This document shows positions 57,694-63,736 of a stretch of 63,736 nucleotides of DNA, piece after piece. The stretch is from positions 1-63,736 of the IMG/VR virus record IMGVR_UViG_3300037467_001854, one strand, 5' to 3'. Origin of the DNA: a virus (taxonomy: Duplodnaviria; Caudoviricetes). Numbering within the stretch: position 1 is the stretch's first letter; each line of letters begins with the position of its first letter. The position numbers and the translations under genes are program-made. Below the pieces are notes generated by a model. The model was not told the origin of the DNA, made no database searches, and worked only from the letters and a program-made list of their open reading frames with translations.

Positions 57694-58097
57694 TCACCTT
57701 CGCCTTTCCAATGCCCCCGACGCTGAACCACTACTACGGTCGCAAGGGCAACCATTCATTCATCAAGGCTGACGGCAAGAAGTTCCGAGCGGCGGTCGCC
57801 GAGATTGTGGCCGCTGCAGGTCATCCGACAATCACCAAGCGCTGCGCCGTGTTCGTCGCGGTCTACCCGAAGAACCGCGCGCGGCAGGACATCATGAATC
57901 GTGAGAAGGCACTCTCGGATGCGATGACGCATGCGGGCGTGTGGGAAGACGATTCCTTGATCGATGAGTACATCATCGTGCGGCGACCTCCCATTCCGGG
58001 CGGCATGGTGCGCGTGGTGGTCACAGAGATCGAAGAGGAACTCCATGACCCGAAAGACGTTGAAGATCGACGACTCCGACTTGCAGCCGCGGTGTGA
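57690..58097 (+). CDS. rusA: RusA-family Holliday junction resolvase
   Basis: PPTLNHYY, DIMNREKALSDA and WEDDSLID motifs. Confidence 0.88.
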   Translation: MITFAFPMPPTLNHYYGRKGNHSFIKADGKKFRAAVAEIVAAAGHPTITKRCAVFVAVYPKNRARQDIMNREKALSDAMTHAGVWEDDSLIDEYIIVRRPPIPGGMVRVVVTEIEEELHDPKDVEDRRLRLAAAV

Positions 58098-58263
58098 GAA
58101 TTGCACCGCCGGCCAGTTCGATCATCCGAGAAGCAAGTATGGCCTGTGCCACCTGTTCCCGATGCACTGGGCGACCGATGGCGACGGCGCGAGTCAGGCA
58201 GTCCACAGCCCAGCCGTGCGTGATGGCTGGTGCCTGCAGTTCAGGCGCAAGGGAGTTCACTGA
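58045..58263 (+). CDS. Small Cys-rich protein
   Basis: GAGGA RBS; CENC...GLC..FP...WC..F. Confidence 0.65.
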   Translation: MTRKTLKIDDSDLQPRCENCTAGQFDHPRSKYGLCHLFPMHWATDGDGASQAVHSPAVRDGWCLQFRRKGVH

Positions 58264-59141
58264 TGGATCCCAAGCTCCTGCTCCTGCATCAGGCCGCTGA
58301 CCTGGTGCGCCAGCACGGCGGCGTGCGGCCTGCGTCCCGCGCATCCGGCATCAACTACAACACCCTGCGCCGGCGCGTCGACAATGCGCTCAAGCTGGGC
58401 ATCCTGACCGATATCGAGCCCAAGCGCCGCGTCATCATCCTCGCGGGCAAGCGTGTCCTCCACATTCCCGACCTGCATTGCCCCTTCGCGCACCGCGATG
58501 CCTTCGACTTCATCGAGGCGGTCTGCGACAAGCATGAGCCCGACGAGATCGTGCTGTCGGGCGATGAACTGGACCAGCACGGCATCGGCGACTACGCCCA
58601 CGATCCAGACGGCTACAGCCCGGGGCAGGAGCTTGCCGCCGGCCTGCGCCAGCTCCGCGCGCTGTACGCCATGTTCCCCGCGGCGAAGGTATGCACCAGC
58701 AACCACGGATCCCGGCCCTTCAGGCGCGCGTTCAGCGCCGGCCTGCCGTCTGCCTACCTGAAGGCCTATCACGAGTTCATGGGCGCGCCAGAGGGCTGGG
58801 AATGGGCTGACGAATGGATCATCGACGGGGTGCGCTACACCCACGGCGAAGAGGCCACCGGCGCGAACGGCGCGCTCGCGCTGGCCATGCGGATGGGGAT
58901 GTCGCAGGCGGTCGGCCACTGGCACGGCAATGCCGGCGCCAGCTTCTTCCACAACGGCCGGCAGACCGTGTTCGGCCTGTATTCCGGATGCCTGATCGAT
59001 GCAGAGGCCTATGCGTTCCGCTACGGCCGCGCGGCCAAGCTCAAGCCGGTTCTGGGTGTCTCCATCATCGAGGGCGGCACCGTGCCGAGCTTCATCACGA
59101 TGGAGCTGGATGCAAAGAAACGATGGACGGGGAAGCTATGA
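58263..59141 (+). CDS. Metallophosphoesterase with N-terminal HTH
   Basis: PDLH, GDELD, SNH, THG and GHWH motifs. Confidence 0.88.
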   Translation: MDPKLLLLHQAADLVRQHGGVRPASRASGINYNTLRRRVDNALKLGILTDIEPKRRVIILAGKRVLHIPDLHCPFAHRDAFDFIEAVCDKHEPDEIVLSGDELDQHGIGDYAHDPDGYSPGQELAAGLRQLRALYAMFPAAKVCTSNHGSRPFRRAFSAGLPSAYLKAYHEFMGAPEGWEWADEWIIDGVRYTHGEEATGANGALALAMRMGMSQAVGHWHGNAGASFFHNGRQTVFGLYSGCLIDAEAYAFRYGRAAKLKPVLGVSIIEGGTVPSFITMELDAKKRWTGKL

Positions 59142-59353
59142 GCGACGAGGCAGACCGCGCAGATGACATCATCGAGCGCAAGCAGGCAGAAGGCCTCGAG
59201 CAGGCTCGTCTGGGTAATGCGATGCAGGCGCTGCGGGAAGAACGGCACAAGGGGCCATGCTTCTGCGGGGAGGTGATGGGGAGGCGATTCTGCGGCCCGG
59301 AGTGCCGGGATGATTTCGAGCGCGAGCAGCGCGCTAGGAGGAGACACTGTTAG
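59138..59353 (+). CDS. TraR/DksA-like zinc-finger protein
   Basis: MSDEADRA; CFC...FCGPEC. Confidence 0.65.
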   Translation: MSDEADRADDIIERKQAEGLEQARLGNAMQALREERHKGPCFCGEVMGRRFCGPECRDDFEREQRARRRHC

Positions 59354-59484
59354 CCACCATACCTGTTGCACTAATGGTAAAAAAGGCGGTGGACTAAAAG
59401 TGATTGTTTCCCGTCAAAGTAATCGAAAAACGCCTCTATACGATCAACTGCAGAAACAAAAACGTACTTAACGAAGGAGGAGAT

Positions 59485-59730
59485 ATGGCCATAAAACTGA
59501 GGATGGAAGATGCGGAGTCGGCTGGGTTTGCAAGGGCTACTGCAGAACAAGTCAGTGAGAGCAGGGCTCTACCTGGAGGCATCCATCTTGAAGGCTTTCA
59601 GGATGGCGATGTTTGCTATATAGGACCATGTCGTCCGCACATTTCATTGCGGCTGGTCTGCTACTACCGCTCCGACGTCGGATGTCAGGTTTGCTATCTT
59701 GAGCCCGATTCCTCTTGTGGCCCGACTTAA
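59485..59730 (+). CDS. Small Cys-rich moron protein
   Basis: AAGGAGG RBS, AT-rich upstream region, six Cys in the C-terminal half. Confidence 0.7.
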   Translation: MAIKLRMEDAESAGFARATAEQVSESRALPGGIHLEGFQDGDVCYIGPCRPHISLRLVCYYRSDVGCQVCYLEPDSSCGPT

Positions 59731-59775
59731 GCGTCAGCGAGCCGAGCGCCAGTAGCGCGCCAAGGCCAGGAATAT

Positions 59776-60027
59776 TCAGCCGTAGATGATGTGGAAGATC
59801 CGGTCGATTGCCCGATTGCATTCATCGAGGACTTTTTGTTCCGCCGGGGTATAGACGTAACGGTCCTCAGTTCTACCGTCCGGATGCTGAATCACCATGA
59901 TCTTCGCCGCGAGAGTGATCTTCACCATGGTCCGCCTGTAGGGAAGGACAGCCCGCTCGTATTCAGCGGCCAGCGCGGCGCATTCTTCTATGCTTCGACG
60001 CTTCGCGTCATTTGCTTGCAATGCCAC
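59776..60027 (-). CDS. Hypothetical protein
   Basis: GAGG RBS before GTG. Confidence 0.55.
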   Translation of the reverse strand: MALQANDAKRRSIEECAALAAEYERAVLPYRRTMVKITLAAKIMVIQHPDGRTEDRYVYTPAEQKVLDECNRAIDRIFHIIYG

Positions 60028-60160
60028 GGCATAGTCCTCTCACCAAAAGCCTTAACCCCCCGCTCGCGTCGCTCGCTGTGTGTTTCTTTCTTTCGGCGCC
60101 ACCGGTTGCCTCCGGTTGCATACTGGAGAAAGAACATCTTACACCCGATTTTCGAGGTTC

Positions 60161-60196
60161 AAAAAAAACGAGTTGACCCCGAAAGATCAACTCGTT
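60161..60196 (-). terminator. Rho-independent terminator of the leftward operon
   Basis: AACGAGTTGA/TCAACTCGTT stem with a T run on the minus strand. Confidence 0.8.
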
Positions 60197-60262
60197 GATT
60201 TGATTGCGAAATACGACTCGGATTCAATACCCTCGAGGTACTTGACAAGGTTTTTGTCCCGA

Positions 60263-60433
60263 TTACACAAACCGGAGCAGGTAAGTCCACAGGATCAGGG
60301 ACAGCGGGCACAGGAAACACAGCACCGCAGCGGCCACGCTGAGTGCCTGTTCGAAGAGGTCATCCTTGCGGATGAAGCGCCAGAATCCGTAGATCCCGGC
60401 CACGAAAAAGACCGCCAGGATCACGGCACCCAT
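60263..60433 (-). CDS. 56-aa two-TM membrane protein
   Basis: Manual translation MGAVILAVFFVAGIYGFWRF...LILWTYLLRFV; TGATG overlap; below the ORF-track cut-off. Confidence 0.65.
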   Translation of the reverse strand: MGAVILAVFFVAGIYGFWRFIRKDDLFEQALSVAAAVLCFLCPLSLILWTYLLRFV

Positions 60434-60789
60434 CAAGGATTCTCCATCGTGCTGATGATGTCATCGAGCTCCTCGTCCATGCCTTCGGGCGTACCCTTGT
60501 TGCCCCTGTGCGTGGAGTGCGTCACGCGGCCGGCATCCTCGTTGATGTGGCTGATGACGAAGCTCCAGCTCGTGTTGATGGACCAGTCGCGCAGCGCGCG
60601 GTAGCGCTTGGCCTCCTGCTTCTCCTTGGCGGACTGCGCAGGCACCATGGCCTGATGATAGGTCGAGCCGCTGATGTGCTGTTCAACGAAAGGGCCACCG
60701 AGCGGCTCCCATCCTTTCGCAATGGCCTGCTTCACCTTCGCGGCGAGGTCGGTGGTCACCGATGCTGTGAGGATCTGGTAATCGTTCAT
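60433..60789 (-). CDS. DUF1737-like protein
   Basis: YQIL...KVKQAIAKGWEPLGG...YHQAMV. Confidence 0.75.
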   Translation of the reverse strand: MNDYQILTASVTTDLAAKVKQAIAKGWEPLGGPFVEQHISGSTYHQAMVPAQSAKEKQEAKRYRALRDWSINTSWSFVISHINEDAGRVTHSTHRGNKGTPEGMDEELDDIISTMENP

Positions 60790-60799
60790 GGTGCGTTCC

Positions 60800-61003
60800 T
60801 TACGCGCCCATCAGGGCGAAATAGACGGACAGGGAAGACGGGAGGCCGTGACGGTCGTAGGCCTCGAATGCGACGTCGAGCATGGCGTCCTGAAACGCCG
60901 GATCGAAGTCCAAGACGGAAAAGGCGTGGCTGATGTAGCCGATGTCCTTCAGGCCTTCGGCTCGGGCCTCGATGTAGACGGAGCGGGTGCGGATGCCGTC
61001 CAT
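60800..61003 (-). CDS. Hypothetical protein
   Basis: In operon; start inferred. Confidence 0.55.
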   Translation of the reverse strand: MDGIRTRSVYIEARAEGLKDIGYISHAFSVLDFDPAFQDAMLDVAFEAYDRHGLPSSLSVYFALMGA

Positions 61004-61004
61004 C

Positions 61005-61196
61005 TCACTTCTCCGATGCATGGATGAAGCCGAGCGTGCAGGCGGCGGACATGACGCGCTGGGGCTCCTGACCGGCCAGCATGCCGAGGTAATGGTCTTT
61101 CGAGTTGCGGGCATAGTCGCCGAGCTTCAGGCCGAGGTGGCGAGCGATCGATACCAGCTCGCGCTTGCTGAAGCGGTTCAAGGTGCGTTTGGTCAT
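61005..61196 (-). CDS. Hypothetical protein
   Basis: GGAG RBS. Confidence 0.55.
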   Translation of the reverse strand: MTKRTLNRFSKRELVSIARHLGLKLGDYARNSKDHYLGMLAGQEPQRVMSAACTLGFIHASEK

Positions 61197-61238
61197 GATG
61201 GTTCTCCAGTGAGGCGCCACGAGGGCGCCAGGTTGAAT

Positions 61239-61634
61239 TCAGAAGCTCGGATCGTTGTATGCGTCACGCGCGCCGATGTGCAGACCACAGCCGCCGGTTT
61301 TCTTCCAGCGCTTGGTCTCTGAGTCGAAGCGGATCTCGGACCAGCGGCCGTCGTTCTCGCGACGGAAATAGCGCTTGCTGCCGCGGACGTTGGTCTTGAA
61401 CTCCCAGGACTGGGACTCGGACAGCCCGTTGCCATCGGTGCGTCGGCATTCATCGTCGCGGGTCTCAATGCAGACGGATTTGCCGACGCTGAACACGCGG
61501 AAGATCGTGCCGGCGCTGCGATCGGTCCAATGCAGGAACGTCACGCCCATACCGACAGCAGGCTCGGGTTGGCCGATCACGGCACGCGATTGCAGATGGT
61601 TCACCAGGGATGCGGTTTGAGTGCCTAGCTTCAT
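61239..61634 (-). CDS. Hypothetical protein
   Basis: AAGGAGG RBS; P.VGMG.T...WTDR and YNDPSF motifs. Confidence 0.75.
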   Translation of the reverse strand: MKLGTQTASLVNHLQSRAVIGQPEPAVGMGVTFLHWTDRSAGTIFRVFSVGKSVCIETRDDECRRTDGNGLSESQSWEFKTNVRGSKRYFRRENDGRWSEIRFDSETKRWKKTGGCGLHIGARDAYNDPSF

Positions 61635-61730
61635 GATTTCCTCCTTACGAGAGCGAAAGGGCGATGAACATGGCGGCGCCGATAATCAGGCCGCAGAAGA
61701 CGCCAGAGGCGAGCAGGTAGACGGTGTTTT

Positions 61731-61952
61731 TCATTGGACGCGCTCCAGTTCATTGGCCAGCCGATATCCCGCGCGCAGCAGACCGTTGCCAGAGTGGATC
61801 CAGCGCTTGCCCACCTTCTCGAAGCTCGAGAACTGCTCGCCGCGCTCGAAGACCACGAGCGTCGCGCCGGCTTTCTCGTCCTCGCGCAGGAGCTTGCGCA
61901 GGGTGGCCACGCTTGGCGCGCGGTCGCCGAATTCATGAAATTTCGTCGGCAT
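61731..61952 (-). CDS. Hypothetical protein
   Basis: GGAG RBS. Confidence 0.6.
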   Translation of the reverse strand: MPTKFHEFGDRAPSVATLRKLLREDEKAGATLVVFERGEQFSSFEKVGKRWIHSGNGLLRAGYRLANELERVQ

Positions 61953-62023
61953 GGTTTTTCTCCGTAGTTGTCCGATGCAAGGCGCATCCAGATGCCGACG
62001 CCAGGCCGGCATGCGGCTGCGTC

Positions 62024-62779
62024 TTACGCTGCGAGAGAGGCTTTAATGCCGGTGATGTCTTCCAGGGTCTGCCGGCCTTTGGTCTTGGACGGCATCATCA
62101 TTACCTGGCCCGTCTGGCGCTCCAGGCGCACATACTCGGCATAGAGGGCCGGATTAAGCCTGGCGGCGGTCGTGAGATCCGCCTTGCTGGCCATGATGCA
62201 GAAGCAGCAGGACAGGCGAGTCATGCCCGCGGCATAGGCCCAGTGCGGCTTCTGGCCCGCTGCAGCGATCTCGGCAAACACTTCTTCGACGGTCCACTCA
62301 TGAATCGGGAGCCATTCGTACCAAGTGCGGCCGGCTTTGCTATTCCTGGCGGAGAGCTTGAATGTCTCGAGCTTGGCGCGACTGCTCGATTCCTGGGCAC
62401 GCATACCCATGCAATTCACGATGAGCTTGCAACCTAATCCGCGGATCGTGCGCTCGATAGGGCCGCGCTTGAGATCGCTAGTGCATTGGCGATGCTTCGG
62501 GCTCGGAAACATGCCGCGCTCTTCGATCATCTGCAGCAAGTTGCGCCGGGAGCGGCAGGTATGCACAGGAATGCCGAGAGTGGTAGCACGGACATGCTCC
62601 TCGACGCCTTCCCATTCGACGCGTGGCAGGACCGCATGCACCACGACAATCTGATTCCTGGGCACATGCTTATGGATGAAATGGAACATTGCCTGGCTAT
62701 CTTTGCCACCTGAGTGATTCACCACGAACGTGGCGCCGGCATCGATCAGATTCTTAATTTCCTGCGGGATGGTTTTCAT
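62024..62779 (-). CDS. PAPS-reductase-family (PP-loop) protein
   Basis: HSGGKDS PP-loop, CTSDLK, GMRAQES.SRA and RLSCCFC motifs. Confidence 0.9.
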   Translation of the reverse strand: MKTIPQEIKNLIDAGATFVVNHSGGKDSQAMFHFIHKHVPRNQIVVVHAVLPRVEWEGVEEHVRATTLGIPVHTCRSRRNLLQMIEERGMFPSPKHRQCTSDLKRGPIERTIRGLGCKLIVNCMGMRAQESSSRAKLETFKLSARNSKAGRTWYEWLPIHEWTVEEVFAEIAAAGQKPHWAYAAGMTRLSCCFCIMASKADLTTAARLNPALYAEYVRLERQTGQVMMMPSKTKGRQTLEDITGIKASLAA

Positions 62780-62870
62780 GGTTTTCCTCCTTGCTTGTCA
62801 GTGGGTCCACAGAGGCGGACGGAATCCGCCTGAATTGACGCACTGTATTTATAAATGATTCAGTAATGTA

Positions 62871-63614
62871 TTAAATGAGGGCAACAATAGGCACGAAGCG
62901 GTTTTTCAGGCTTCCATGCACGACGATTACGGGATCGGCTTTCCTTGTGCCCACTCCACCGGAGCAGGCGCCGCAGGTATCGCAGGTTTTGCGCTTGCCG
63001 GCTTCGGCGCTGGCAGGGCAGACGAATTCGCCGGCCATCGTGTTTTCCGATTCGTGGCGGACGCGGAAAGTGCGGAATCCGCGCGCTTTGGCTTCCATGC
63101 GTTCCATGGCGTTATCGGCGGATGCCATGCACCATTGCATAACGTGATCCGCTTTACCGTCCGCCCATTGATGGGAATATCCGAGATTGCCGGCGGCATG
63201 CTGCAGCAGCTCCGCCCAGACATAGGCAGGGACAGCGGCCGGATCGCCATAAGTGCCAAGCCGAACGACGCGGCCAGCGGCCAGCTCGGATGCTTTCGCG
63301 AGATCGGCAGGATAAATGCCACGGTTCACGCCATCGGCGACGGCGCGCGGCCCTTGGCCGAGGTTCACATAGCAGGATCCGCCCTTGCCGCGGCGATGCT
63401 TGCAAGTGCCACAGATAGCAGCATCGGCCAGCGCTTTGACGTTCGCGATGGGAGATTGGCCATTGTCGACAAGAATGTAGGTTTGCACGACATTGCCGGT
63501 CTTCGCATTCGATGACTTTTTCGTGATGGCAACGACTACAATGGGCTCCTTGTTGAGCAGGGACGCGCCGCGATAGATGATGTATCCGGATGCGGTTTTT
63601 GCTTGAGTGGCCAT
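62871..63614 (-). CDS. Cys-rich putative Fe-S / radical-SAM-like phage protein
   Basis: NAKTG, ICGTC...CY, VRLGTYGDP, GYSHQW and CPA...CDTCGAC motifs; AAGGAG RBS. Confidence 0.65.
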   Translation of the reverse strand: MATQAKTASGYIIYRGASLLNKEPIVVVAITKKSSNAKTGNVVQTYILVDNGQSPIANVKALADAAICGTCKHRRGKGGSCYVNLGQGPRAVADGVNRGIYPADLAKASELAAGRVVRLGTYGDPAAVPAYVWAELLQHAAGNLGYSHQWADGKADHVMQWCMASADNAMERMEAKARGFRTFRVRHESENTMAGEFVCPASAEAGKRKTCDTCGACSGGVGTRKADPVIVVHGSLKNRFVPIVALI

Positions 63615-63736
63615 GGTTTTTCTCCTTAGTTGTGGACTGTCGCGCCAGCACTAAACTCGCTTTGTTGCTGCGGTTTCGTGCTGCGTTGAATACAGATTAG
63701 TATTCATGAAAAATACAGTCAAGGATTATTTTCAAA
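63610..63736. repeat. Terminal direct repeat, copy 2
   Basis: Identical to 1-127. Confidence 0.95.

Noticed and set aside
63610-63736. Biological direct terminal repeat
   Set aside because: Length 127 matches a standard assembly k-mer and the repeat cuts through a gene start; more likely an assembly overlap

Overview
The window is a complete, circularly assembled ~63.6 kb temperate phage genome with podovirus-like architecture. Bases 1-127 are identical to 63610-63736. The host is probably a proteobacterium (inferred from the PEP-CTERM cargo, the CTGT-N8-ACAG-type LexA boxes and the dusA-type attP). Order on + strand: terS, a moron cluster, terL, portal, scaffold, major capsid, adaptors, four large receptor-binding/tailspike-like genes, lysis cassette, tail tube/fibre genes, GNAT, three ejection proteins (the last an LPD38-type polyvalent protein), a low-GC cargo island, two convergent tyrosine recombinases and an intact attP carrying a replacement dusA 5' end. 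These are followed by a leftward early operon (xis-like, Cas4-like nuclease, SSB-like, CI), a rightward operon (Cro-like, HNH, PEP-CTERM moron, replication initiator-like, SF4 helicase, dUTPase, RusA-like x2, metallophosphoesterase) and a second leftward operon (Cys-rich putative Fe-S protein, PAPS-reductase-family protein). The most notable signal is the regulatory circuit. The CI repressor has lost both S24 catalytic residues, about ten AATAC-N6-GTATT palindromes are spread genome-wide, and there are two host LexA-type boxes. One lies between cI and cro; the other sits on a promoter followed by a cloverleaf-like RNA just upstream of terL. All family assignments come from motif recognition by eye; no database search was run.
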